The position numbers were made by a program, and so were the translations under genes. Below are positions 19,812 through 29,148 of a stretch of 64,000 nucleotides of DNA, piece by piece. The notes beneath the pieces were generated by a model that was given only the letters and a program-made list of their open reading frames with translations, searched no databases and was not told the DNA's origin. Numbering within the stretch: the first letter of the stretch is position 1; each line of letters begins with the position of its first letter. The DNA comes from Zymobacter sp. IVIA_12111.31 C1 (GTDB taxonomy: Bacteria; Pseudomonadota; Gammaproteobacteria; Pseudomonadales; Halomonadaceae), in contig NZ_CP179930.1 in NCBI RefSeq assembly GCF_047495495.1, forward strand, positions 1,595,077-1,659,076, in the 5' to 3' direction.

Positions 19812-21248
19812 ATGTCAGCCCACCCCGTTCATCTGCGTAACTTTATCGACGGCCGCTATATCGATGCTCACGGCCAGAACACTTTTGAATGCATCAATCC
19901 AGCCAATGAACACGTCGTCGCGCTGTCCCCTGTTTCAGATCAACACGATGTCGAAGCCGCCTATGCCGCAGCAGGACGCGCTTTTCTTGACTGGCGCAAA
20001 AGCACGCCCGCCCAGCGCCAGCAGGCCCTGCTGGCTATCGCCAATGCACTGGAAGAGCATGCGGATCGCTTAGTAGAGGCGCAGTGCCGCAACACCGGCC
20101 AGCCCAAGCATCTGATCAAAGCGGAAGAAGTTAATGTCTGCGCCGATCAACTGCGCTTCTTTGCTGGAGCCGCTCGCCTATTAGAGGGCAAGGCGGCGAT
20201 GGAATATGTCGAAGGCATGACATCGACCATTCGCCGCGAGCCACTGGGCGTCGTAGGTCAGGTCGCACCGTGGAACTTCCCCTTGATGATGGCCGTATGG
20301 AAGATCGCGCCCGCACTGGCCGCCGGCAACACCATTGTGCTGAAGCCCAGCGATACCACACCGGAAAGTACCCTGCTGCTGGCCGAACTTGCCGCGCCAT
20401 TCCTGCCGACAGGAGCCTTCAATGTTGTGCTGGGCGATGCCAGCACGGGCAACCTGATCGTCAGTCATCCTGATGCATCGCTGGTGTCCATTACCGGCTC
20501 CGTTGCAGCGGGCATTGAAGTCGCCAAGAGCGCGGCAGAGAACGTCACTCGCGCTCACCTCGAACTGGGCGGCAAAGCCCCCGTGCTGGTGTTTGCCGAT
20601 GCCGATCTCGAACGGGCGGCCGAGCACATTGCGCTGGCCGGTCTGTTCAACGCGGGCCAAGACTGCACATCGGCGACACGCATTCTGGTCGATGCCCTCG
20701 TGCACGACGACTTTGTGGCCTTGCTGACCGCAGCCGTGAAAGCGACGCGCTACGGTGACCCCGACGACAAGGATATCCTGTTTGGGCCACTCAATAATGC
20801 GAAGCAGCTTGCACGTATGCAGGACATCATCGCTCACCTTCCCCCTCACGCGCGTGTCGAAACGGGAGGCAAGCGGGCACCACGCCCCGGCTTCTTCTTC
20901 GAGCCAACGGTGGTCTCTCAGTTGCAGCAGGAAGACGACATCGTCCAGAACGAGACCTTCGGCCCGATCCTGACCGTACAGTCGTTCCAAAATGAAGAGG
21001 ATGCGCTTCATAAGGCCAACGACGTCCAGTACGGCCTGGCCTCCAGCGTTTGGACGTGCGATCACGGTCGCGCTCAGCGCCTTAGCGCCGCGCTCGATTT
21101 CGGCACAGTGTGGGTCAACACGCACATCATACTGACCGCCGAAATGCCGCACGGTGGATTCAAGTATTCGGGCTATGGCAAGGACCTATCGGCCTACAGC
21201 CTCGAAGACTACACGCGCGTCAAACATGTTATGAGCGCACACGCCTGA
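19812..21248 (+). CDS. patD: Gamma-aminobutyraldehyde dehydrogenase (PatD/Prr-like NAD-dependent aldehyde dehydrogenase)
   Basis: ALDH catalytic motifs ELGGKAP and GQDCTSATR; high similarity to E. coli PatD throughout (VAPWNFPLMMA.WK, LASSVWT.D..RA.R.S, WVNTH..L..EMPHGG.K.SGYGKD). Confidence 0.85.
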   Translation: MSAHPVHLRNFIDGRYIDAHGQNTFECINPANEHVVALSPVSDQHDVEAAYAAAGRAFLDWRKSTPAQRQQALLAIANALEEHADRLVEAQCRNTGQPKHLIKAEEVNVCADQLRFFAGAARLLEGKAAMEYVEGMTSTIRREPLGVVGQVAPWNFPLMMAVWKIAPALAAGNTIVLKPSDTTPESTLLLAELAAPFLPTGAFNVVLGDASTGNLIVSHPDASLVSITGSVAAGIEVAKSAAENVTRAHLELGGKAPVLVFADADLERAAEHIALAGLFNAGQDCTSATRILVDALVHDDFVALLTAAVKATRYGDPDDKDILFGPLNNAKQLARMQDIIAHLPPHARVETGGKRAPRPGFFFEPTVVSQLQQEDDIVQNETFGPILTVQSFQNEEDALHKANDVQYGLASSVWTCDHGRAQRLSAALDFGTVWVNTHIILTAEMPHGGFKYSGYGKDLSAYSLEDYTRVKHVMSAHA

Positions 21249-21555
21249 GCGGCTCATCCCAATGCGCGTCGCTTCTAGCACGCCAAGGTCCTCGCCAGAA
21301 TAAGGCCTGCACTATGGCGCATCATTCGACATTATTGCACCTGCAGATCTTGTCTTTATCTTGAGCGAAGGCCATGCTGGAAAGCAGCGTTATGCTATTG
21401 CCGAACGGTGACGGACACCCGCTAACATGCGGCGATCACACCCCATCATAAGCGGGCATCGGAACGTCCCATCAATGGTAGGGGTGCGCCCGACATCGTT
21501 GGGCCCAGGCTTCTGACTCGGCTTTAAGCACTATCTTGTTTGTCTTTGGAAAAGG

Positions 21556-22839
21556 ATGACATTCTTCATGAATAACAATGAACTTGAAGAGCTCAAGCAA
21601 CGCTATGTCGTACGTGGAGCTGCCAGCAGTGCCAAACAATTTGCAGCCCGCGCAGAAAATGCAGAGATATGGGATGAAGATGGCCAGCGCCTGATCGATT
21701 TCGCTGGCGGGATCGGCGTGCTCAATCTTGGGCATCGCCACCCTGACGTCGTTAAGGCGGTCAAGGATCAGCTGGACAAGGTGATGCACACCGCTGCCGG
21801 TGTCATCACCTATGCGCCGTACGTGAAGCTAGCAGAACGGCTGTGCCAGTTGACCCCGACACGCGGGCCAGATCGCAAAGCGCTGTTGGTCAACTCTGGT
21901 GCAGAAGCGCTGGAAAACGCGGTCAAGATTGCACGTGCCGCCACTGGCCGTAGCGGCGTCATCACCTTCGAAGGTGGCTTCCACGGCCGTACGCTGCTGA
22001 CACTGGCCATGACCGGCAAGGTGTGGCCCTACAAGGGCGAATTCGGCCCGATGCCGGGTGAGGTATTCCACGTACCGTTCCCCAATGCGTGGTACGGCGT
22101 CAGCGAAGACGACGCTATCGCGGCCATTAACGCTCGCTTCCGCACTGACATTCCTGCCGAACGCGTAGCGGCCATTGTCATCGAACCGGTACAAGGGGAA
22201 GGTGGCTTCTATCCAGCCCCGGCGACGTTCCTGCGCAAACTGCGTGAGCTGTGCGACCAGCACGGCATCATGATGATCGTCGACGAAGTCCAATCCGGCT
22301 TCGCGCGCACCGGTCGCCTGTTCGCTATCGAACACAGTGGCGTTCAGCCCGATATCATGACGATGGCCAAAAGTCTTGCCGATGGCATGCCACTGGCTGC
22401 CGTCGTGGGCAGTGCCAAGGTCATGGATGCTTCCGGCCCGGGATCGCTGGGCGGCACATACGGCGGCAACCCGCTGTCCTGCGCGGCCGCACTGGCGGTG
22501 TTGGACGTCATCCAGCGTGACGGCATCCTTGAGAAGAGCGTTCTGCTGGGCGATGCCTTGATCGCTCGTTTCCGCGAATGGGAAAACCGATTTACCTGCG
22601 TAGCACACGGCCGCCACCTCGGGGCCATGGCCGCCTTCGAACTGGTCGACGATAACGGCAAACCCTGTGCCGAACGAGCCAAGGCCCTAACGGCCTACGC
22701 TCGTGAGCACGGCCTGATCCTGCTGTCGTGCGGGGTATTCGCCAACACTATTCGCATTCTGGTACCGCTGACCGTACAGAAAGAGGTACTGGAAGAAGGC
22801 TTGACCATTATCGAAAACGGGCTTGCTACCCTCGGGTAA
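21556..22839 (+). CDS. gabT: 4-aminobutyrate aminotransferase (class III PLP aminotransferase); alternative start at 21568 (MNNNELEE)
   Basis: Near-colinear similarity to E. coli GabT (AIVIEPVQGEGGF, DEVQSGFARTG, LLSCG...N.IRILVPLT); adjacent to patD, forming a GABA-producing and GABA-consuming pair. Confidence 0.88.
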   Translation: MTFFMNNNELEELKQRYVVRGAASSAKQFAARAENAEIWDEDGQRLIDFAGGIGVLNLGHRHPDVVKAVKDQLDKVMHTAAGVITYAPYVKLAERLCQLTPTRGPDRKALLVNSGAEALENAVKIARAATGRSGVITFEGGFHGRTLLTLAMTGKVWPYKGEFGPMPGEVFHVPFPNAWYGVSEDDAIAAINARFRTDIPAERVAAIVIEPVQGEGGFYPAPATFLRKLRELCDQHGIMMIVDEVQSGFARTGRLFAIEHSGVQPDIMTMAKSLADGMPLAAVVGSAKVMDASGPGSLGGTYGGNPLSCAAALAVLDVIQRDGILEKSVLLGDALIARFREWENRFTCVAHGRHLGAMAAFELVDDNGKPCAERAKALTAYAREHGLILLSCGVFANTIRILVPLTVQKEVLEEGLTIIENGLATLG

Positions 22840-22934
22840 TTCGCCTTATCGGAGCAGGCACACGCCTGCTCCACCCCCTCGCCAGCACTGCACGGCCCTC
22901 GGACCACCATCAGGTCTTACATATATAAGTGCTA

Positions 22935-23060
22935 AGAGCATGTTTCATAATCCTGATACCCTTGTCATTGAAGGAGCTTCAAACCTCAAAATTGCAGTAG
23001 AAACCGTCTATTTTAGAATGGGCAAAAAATCACTCAGGTTATTAAACAATCTCCTAATAC
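22935..23060 (+). repeat. Copy A of a roughly 130-bp repeated intergenic element (second copy at 35569..35696); lies at the left border of the low-GC island
   Basis: About 80% identity to 35569..35696 in the same orientation; both copies begin agagcatgtttcataa and end caggttat.aaac..tctcctaa. Confidence 0.7.
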
Positions 23061-23500
23061 CTTACCGTTAGCCATTATTAACTCCTGAAACAACACTTCA
23101 TGCAGAAGGTGAATTCAACGTCCAGCTCACCGCAAATAATTAGCTCAACGTTATCTCTGTCGCCAGTTTTTTTCAACTTCCAAAGACGTTTACGAGGATG
23201 AGTTATTCAGCATTCGTTACTATCAAAAAAGCACCGCGCACTTGACCTTCAAATTCCTGGAGTTGATTGAGTGCATAAACAACATCATTGCGAAGCACTA
23301 TCCAGTAATATTGGGACAATAGCAGTAATTTTAAAGCCGTTGAAAGTCGAGCTGAGCATTTTGTAGAGTAACTTACTAAATTTATTGAAACACCTTTAAC
23401 TCATTTTTTGTTGAATTCTCTGAACAGTTAGTGACTAAATTAAGATTAATCCGATAAGATGCAGGTATCCCATTTCTAAATCGCCTTACACACGGAGTAT

Positions 23501-25567
23501 GTGATGGTTCAGGATTCCTCCGCATTAGCCCTTTTCTTTCATTCTCATATCGCAAAAAATAATCAATACAACCCTGACTGGGGCAAACACTATCATCAGC
23601 TTGTAGAACAGATTCAAGCCGAAAAACCTAACTTTTCTACGGATACAATTCGACAGATTTGGTACGAGCGCAGCAATGGCATCTCCAGCCTCCGACAGGG
23701 CGGTATGTCGCTGTTTGAATTCGAAACGGCGCAAAAACAGCTGCTCGCTCTCACTCGCATGATGGCAGAAGAGTGTACGCAGGAGAATTACGACCGGGTG
23801 ATTAATCGCCTCATTCAACTTAAAACGGATGGAATATTGAACAAGGCGTACAGGGCTCTCTGCCATCGCGCCTTTGCCGCTCTCTATCCGTCTAAAATTA
23901 CGAATGTCGTAAATATCAGCAATTTTTTTAGCAGTTATAACTACTGTAATAACCGTTTTCAACTTGGTCTTTCAGAGGATCAGAAGTGGTTCGCTCGCAA
24001 CCTTGATCTTAAGAAAACATTGCACCGCGCACTAGGTGATGATGTCGATCCTATCGAACTGAATATGTCACTCTGGCATCTTTATACGCAGGTTATTCAG
24101 AAGAAGAACGATATTGGATTAATTGGGAACGAGTCTACCTGGCCGGAAGACGATCAAGACGAGGAAATTACCACTCCGCAACTGCCAAAAAATACTATCC
24201 TCTATGGTCCGCCAGGCACTGGTAAAACTTACCGCACAATAGATCTGGCCGTACGCGCTTGTGAACCGGCAGCCTACTTGCTTCAAGAAGGTAAGGTGGA
24301 GCATGAAAAACGCCGTGAGCTGAAAAAAATTTATGACCGCCTGATTGCTGAAAAGCGGGTGCGCTTTATCACCTTCCATCAGAGTGTTGGCTATGAAGAG
24401 TTCATCGAAGGGCTAAGAGCAGAGACCACCGACGATGGTGGTGTGCACTACGAAATCAAAGCGGGCATTTTTAAGCAAATTTGTGAAGATGCTGCTTTTG
24501 GTAACGCAGGTGTCCAGCAGAAGCTAGACGAGGCACTTGCCCGCCTGCAAGAACGTTTATCTGAAACTGGAAGCATTACCCTTGAAACGCGACAAGGCAA
24601 AGCCTTCCAACTGGCTTACAAGAGCCAGACCACCTTTAGTATCTTCCCGTCACAATCGAAAAAAGAGGATTTAGAACAGGGTTACAATGCTTATCTCAAG
24701 AATATCAGTCTGGCTTACCAAAACCCTCAGGCGAAGGTACATAATCCGTCATATGTGCGTAGCATCCTTAATCACTTGATTAAACAGGAAGGTTTGCCTC
24801 CCAGTCCACAGGATTCTATATCTGAAAAACGGCAAAACTACGTTTTGATTATTGACGAAATTAACCGAGGCAATATCTCCAAAATCTTTGGCGAACTGAT
24901 CACCCTGATAGAAACCTCTAAACGTGCCGGAGAACCGGAGGCTCTTAGTGTAATGCTTCCCTATTCTTCCACCCCATTTAGCGTGCCGAATAATCTCTAT
25001 TTAATTGGCACCATGAATACCGCTGATCATTCGCTCACGGCATTGGATACTGCCTTGCGCCGCAGATTCGAGTTTGAAGCGATGCTGCCGGATATCGATG
25101 TCTTGAACGATACGGTAATCAAAGGGATTGATTTGCCACGTCTTCTGCAGACTTTGAATGACCGCATTCAGGTGCTGTACGATAGAGAACATACATTAGG
25201 CCATGCCTTTTTCATCCCAGTTGTTCAGGTAAAAAAGGACGAAGAGCTTGCCTTTGAAAGGCTCAAGCGGATTATGCGAAACAAGGTGCTGCCACTGCTG
25301 GAGGAGTACTTCTACAACGACTGGCAAAAAATCCGTATGGTGCTGGGCGACAATCAAAAAAGCGGAAACCCGCACCTACAATTCGTGCGTGAGGTGAAAG
25401 ACCAGAAACAGTTTGCGGATCTTTTTGGCAATAGTGGAACTGAAGATCTGCATGATATCGGTGCCAGTTTCCATTTGGCCTCTGAGATCGACGATGTCTG
25501 GAATAATCCACTCGCCTGGCAACAAATTTATGCGCCCAAAAATAGTAATCCTGGGAGCAGGGAATGA
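23501..25567 (+). CDS. mcrB: McrB-like AAA+ GTPase subunit of a type IV (modification-dependent) restriction system, with an uncharacterised 225-aa N-terminal domain and an extra insertion between Walker A and Walker B
   Basis: GPPGTGKT Walker A; FHQSVGYEEFIEG (McrB signature FHPSYSYEDFIQG); Walker B VLIIDEINRGNISKIFGE; LYLIGTMNTADHSL...ALRRRF; low GC; ATGA overlap with the downstream McrC-like gene. Confidence 0.8.
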   Translation: MMVQDSSALALFFHSHIAKNNQYNPDWGKHYHQLVEQIQAEKPNFSTDTIRQIWYERSNGISSLRQGGMSLFEFETAQKQLLALTRMMAEECTQENYDRVINRLIQLKTDGILNKAYRALCHRAFAALYPSKITNVVNISNFFSSYNYCNNRFQLGLSEDQKWFARNLDLKKTLHRALGDDVDPIELNMSLWHLYTQVIQKKNDIGLIGNESTWPEDDQDEEITTPQLPKNTILYGPPGTGKTYRTIDLAVRACEPAAYLLQEGKVEHEKRRELKKIYDRLIAEKRVRFITFHQSVGYEEFIEGLRAETTDDGGVHYEIKAGIFKQICEDAAFGNAGVQQKLDEALARLQERLSETGSITLETRQGKAFQLAYKSQTTFSIFPSQSKKEDLEQGYNAYLKNISLAYQNPQAKVHNPSYVRSILNHLIKQEGLPPSPQDSISEKRQNYVLIIDEINRGNISKIFGELITLIETSKRAGEPEALSVMLPYSSTPFSVPNNLYLIGTMNTADHSLTALDTALRRRFEFEAMLPDIDVLNDTVIKGIDLPRLLQTLNDRIQVLYDREHTLGHAFFIPVVQVKKDEELAFERLKRIMRNKVLPLLEEYFYNDWQKIRMVLGDNQKSGNPHLQFVREVKDQKQFADLFGNSGTEDLHDIGASFHLASEIDDVWNNPLAWQQIYAPKNSNPGSRE

Positions 25568-26880
25568 CGTCTCATCAAAACTTTACCGTCTTCGAATACG
25601 GGCTTCTGGTTGATGAGAAAGATAGGGGCCGCATAAATAATGCGGTCGTTCTGCCCTCCAAGCTGTTTGAGTGGCTTGAGCAACGGTGCCTGAAAGATGA
25701 CGCGGATAACACTCATCGTCTGCTAACTCTGCGCAGTCGGGGGAATGTAAAAACTCTACAAGTAAAAAATTATGCGGGCGTTATCTCTCTTCCGGGAAAT
25801 GCGTTTATTGAAGTGTTGCCAAAAACGGGGCGGCGTAATGAGAACATTGATATTGCACGTCAGCAGCTTTTGATGATGCTACGTACGCTAAAATCTTTTC
25901 GCCATATTGCCACTTCAGCATCCAGAGTTCGAACCTCGAAGATGCCGCTGATGGATATATTTATTCAGCAATTTATCGATAGCGTACAGCTGATTGTGCG
26001 CCAAGGTCTAAAGCGTGACTATCTACGTCAACAGGACAATTTGTCCTGGATGAAAGGAAAGTTACGGGTCTCTGCTCAATTAAGCAAAAACTGCGTGCGT
26101 CGGGATCGCTTTCAAGTGGAATTTGACGCTTACAGCGCTGAACATCCGGAAAACCGGATACTGAGAACTGCTATCGATAAAATTCGCCGTCAGATCAGCA
26201 ATCCGCAGCTACAACTACAAGTCAATGCGTTACAGGCTCACTTTGACGATATTGCGCCCGTCGGTGATTTTCGCATCGCCTTCGACCTAGTGTGTCTCGA
26301 CCGGCATATGCGTCACTATGAACGTGCCTTGGCGTGGGCGCGACTGATTTTGATGGGGCAGTCTCCCCACTGTATGCAGGGTGACACCAACGCGATTTCA
26401 CTGCTTTTCCCAATGGAAGCTGTGTTTGAATCATTCGTGACTGCATGGATGCGTCATCGTTATAACGATAACTGGCACGTGAAGGCACAGGTGGATTCGC
26501 ACACCTTGGTTCGTCTCAATGGCAAAGGAGTATTTAAGCTTAGGCCCGATATCTGTCTACAACCTCGTGGGAAGTATGGGAAGCAGACGATGATTTGTGA
26601 TGTTAAATGGAAAATGGTGGAGGGTGGAAAGGCAACACTCGAACAGTCGCAGGCTGACCTTTATCAGATGCTAGCCTACGGTGTGAACTATCAGGAGGGA
26701 ACAGGGGATATGCTGCTGATTTATCCTTCACATGAGGGTTTTAGTCAGCCATTACCTCATCCCTATGAATTCAGCCATCAAAAGGAAAACCCACTGCGTT
26801 TATGGGTTGTGCCATTTTTCATTGGTGACAGTTTGCAAAGTTCTGGCCTGCATTTCCCTGATGGGAAAAAATTGATTTAA
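25564..26880 (+). CDS. mcrC: McrC-like nuclease subunit (PD-(D/E)xK) of the McrBC-type restriction system
   Basis: Translationally coupled to the mcrB-like gene; C-terminal nuclease motif RPDICLQ...MICDVKWK (PD..D.K); size 438 aa. Confidence 0.7.
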   Translation: MTSHQNFTVFEYGLLVDEKDRGRINNAVVLPSKLFEWLEQRCLKDDADNTHRLLTLRSRGNVKTLQVKNYAGVISLPGNAFIEVLPKTGRRNENIDIARQQLLMMLRTLKSFRHIATSASRVRTSKMPLMDIFIQQFIDSVQLIVRQGLKRDYLRQQDNLSWMKGKLRVSAQLSKNCVRRDRFQVEFDAYSAEHPENRILRTAIDKIRRQISNPQLQLQVNALQAHFDDIAPVGDFRIAFDLVCLDRHMRHYERALAWARLILMGQSPHCMQGDTNAISLLFPMEAVFESFVTAWMRHRYNDNWHVKAQVDSHTLVRLNGKGVFKLRPDICLQPRGKYGKQTMICDVKWKMVEGGKATLEQSQADLYQMLAYGVNYQEGTGDMLLIYPSHEGFSQPLPHPYEFSHQKENPLRLWVVPFFIGDSLQSSGLHFPDGKKLI

Positions 26881-26948
26881 AATCCCTACTATTCTCTTTC
26901 CCACGGTTAGCCATATCATTGATGGGTAATCCCCTCCCAACACCAAAG

Positions 26949-26990
26949 CGATGTTCACTTTTTGATTAAGTGGACATCGCTGTGCATTTC
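26949..26990. terminator. Bidirectional rho-independent terminator between convergent mcrC-like and membrane-protein genes
   Basis: 10-bp stem cgatgttcac / gtggacatcg with an 11-nt loop, followed by T-rich tracts on both strands. Confidence 0.5.
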
Positions 26991-26994
26991 TTGT

Positions 26995-28179
26995 TTACTT
27001 TTTGGTTTCCACCTGTGGTAACTTTTCAAGTGTAAGCAGTTCCTGATTCTTTACCCTACGGCATTGAGAAACTGCATCCTGAAGTTTGCCACGAACGCTA
27101 TTATCATAGTCAGTATCCAATAGTTGGTATTGAAGACTATCTTTATATGATTGAATGATATTGAGTGGGCAGATAAGACGTATATCTCCGAGTGAATAAA
27201 TTTTTACTGCCTTAAGTAAATAGTATTTGTCATCTGAAGAGCGTACGCCCTGCCAGGCTGAGTCTCTAAAATATTCAGCAGGATATGAGGCGGTCGGCAC
27301 TCCATAAACATAAGGAGTCAGGTCCATTATTCCTGACATCTTAAGGAACATCGTCAGTATCAGAGCCGGCACCATATGCACAAACGTAAAAATGATAAAT
27401 ACTATTCCAGCCATAATTCCACCAGTCATAGTCACCTGATTTAACAAGCTGGTTTGGGTTCTTAACCTGAGGAAAACAATGCTTGGAATAAGTGAAAAAA
27501 TAATCAGAAACATTGATAGTGCTATAACAGTCAATACCTGCCTGATCTCGCCGGTTCCTTCCGGAAACTTCAATGTACGAAGAAATAAATCAAGAGGAAA
27601 AATATATATGCAGGCTGCCAGGGAGAGGAACGTTGGCTGTAAAACATGCATGGAAAGAATATTTTTTATCTTCTTCCCCTCTGTGCTTATCTGTTTACAA
27701 GTAATAGATCTATTGAACCACAGGGCAAGTGTAAAACTACAAAGCCAGATAATACTTAATTGAAGTAACACATTCTGTGCAACTTCTTTTCCTGCGTTGT
27801 GCACGAGGAAAAAATAACCAAAAAATATCAATGTTGATAATAGCGAGGTCAGAAAAACGATTTTGATATTGTTTTCTATCAACTCGTCCCGAAAACTATT
27901 TTCCCTTTTATAGTTAAAAAGAAAGAGTCCCGTCAGTAGAGATGGCATAAACAGCACAATGCAAAAAAGGAGCATGCTGACACAAGCAAAGACCATCAGA
28001 TAACTGAAAAATGATGAAAAGGAGATACTGTCAAGAAAAAGTCCTGTTTGTCCAATACGCGCAAGATGCGACCATACAAACAATACTGCAATAGAAGTTG
28101 ACGCGAACGCAGGTGTAAAAATTGTTAAAAACCAAGTCTGTAGTTTTATAAAGCGTTTATTTATCTCTTTATTTCCCAT
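26995..28179 (-). CDS. Very AT-rich polytopic membrane protein of unknown function (about 8 TM helices plus a 110-aa C-terminal soluble tail)
   Basis: 394-aa ORF, GC about 33%, multiple hydrophobic segments; no motif I recognise; convergent with mcrBC inside the island. Confidence 0.55.
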   Translation of the reverse strand: MGNKEINKRFIKLQTWFLTIFTPAFASTSIAVLFVWSHLARIGQTGLFLDSISFSSFFSYLMVFACVSMLLFCIVLFMPSLLTGLFLFNYKRENSFRDELIENNIKIVFLTSLLSTLIFFGYFFLVHNAGKEVAQNVLLQLSIIWLCSFTLALWFNRSITCKQISTEGKKIKNILSMHVLQPTFLSLAACIYIFPLDLFLRTLKFPEGTGEIRQVLTVIALSMFLIIFSLIPSIVFLRLRTQTSLLNQVTMTGGIMAGIVFIIFTFVHMVPALILTMFLKMSGIMDLTPYVYGVPTASYPAEYFRDSAWQGVRSSDDKYYLLKAVKIYSLGDIRLICPLNIIQSYKDSLQYQLLDTDYDNSVRGKLQDAVSQCRRVKNQELLTLEKLPQVETKK

Positions 28180-28554
28180 ATTCTAGTATCCATCCCAAGT
28201 TTGACACATGGTCTAGCTAATGACTTTATTTTAGGTTATGGCTCACCAACTACTACCTTTCTGATGATTACGTTCAGTTGTTGTCCTTGAGGAAAGTAGC
28301 TCTTCCTACCAGAATCTTACATTCAAACCTATGTAGGTGTTCTATCAATGTGGCCTTATGCCCACTTTAAATGTCTATTTTTTGTACGAATTTTAACTTG
28401 TGGGTACAAGTGCGGGTATAACCCTTTATCCCTAATTTTAAACAACATTGATATCAGTCTATTGGGTGTGAAATTCGAATCCGGCCTTCGCCTCGCTCGA
28501 ACAGGTCAGCGATACCGGATATCAAATAACACAGTGATCACGAGGCCTTTGTGA

Positions 28555-29148
28555 TCAGCCGAACAGTCGACGGTGCATACCGCTGATGATCTCGCGCTCT
28601 TCTTCGAATGATAGATCCAGTGCCATCTGTACCAGAGCCATCTGACGCATTTTCATATAACCAATGTTCTGGTCCTGCGGGATGCCGAAGCTGGTATCGT
28701 TGGGGTCATCGTTGGAACGCTTGCACAGCGAATCATCGCATGAGTTGTAACCAGCACAGGACATGGGGCGCACCGGATAGATGCTGCACTGGCTGTCGAT
28801 CAGGAAAGGACAGCGAACGTTGATGCTGCGCTGTTCCTGATCCCCGAGATCCTTCACGATCGGATAACGCTCGACGATAGCCTCTTTGATCTTCGCCTGC
28901 TGCTCACTGTTCAACTCACGCAGGTAGTAGGCATGGATACTATCCAGTTCGAACTCGTAGGCTTCGATACGCAGGTGGCAACAGTGATCGCAGCCCTTGC
29001 AGCACGCGATCATCTTCGAGTCACTGGCTTCGTCTTCAATAGGCTCCAGCAGCATGCGACTCAGTTCGAAGCGGGCGTCATAGTCCTGCTGCCCGGCCTC
29101 TGCCAACGCACATACCTCGTCAACCTCTTCTCTGTCGATCGTATCCAT
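28555..29148 (-). CDS. YkgJ/UPF0153-family putative zinc/iron-chelating protein. Start at the Met of MDTIDREE; the track ORF extends to 29319
   Basis: CxxCxxCC motif (CKGCDHCC) plus additional C-terminal Cys residues (CPF...C..YP.RP..C). Confidence 0.6.
   Translation of the reverse strand: MDTIDREEVDEVCALAEAGQQDYDARFELSRMLLEPIEDEASDSKMIACCKGCDHCCHLRIEAYEFELDSIHAYYLRELNSEQQAKIKEAIVERYPIVKDLGDQEQRSINVRCPFLIDSQCSIYPVRPMSCAGYNSCDDSLCKRSNDDPNDTSFGIPQDQNIGYMKMRQMALVQMALDLSFEEEREIISGMHRRLFG

Noticed and set aside
28348-28554. 68-aa ORF at the AT-rich right edge of the island
   Set aside because: It lies in AT-rich DNA where random ORFs are frequent. It has no RBS and no similarity. The region reads better as non-coding border DNA with the tRNA-like fragment.
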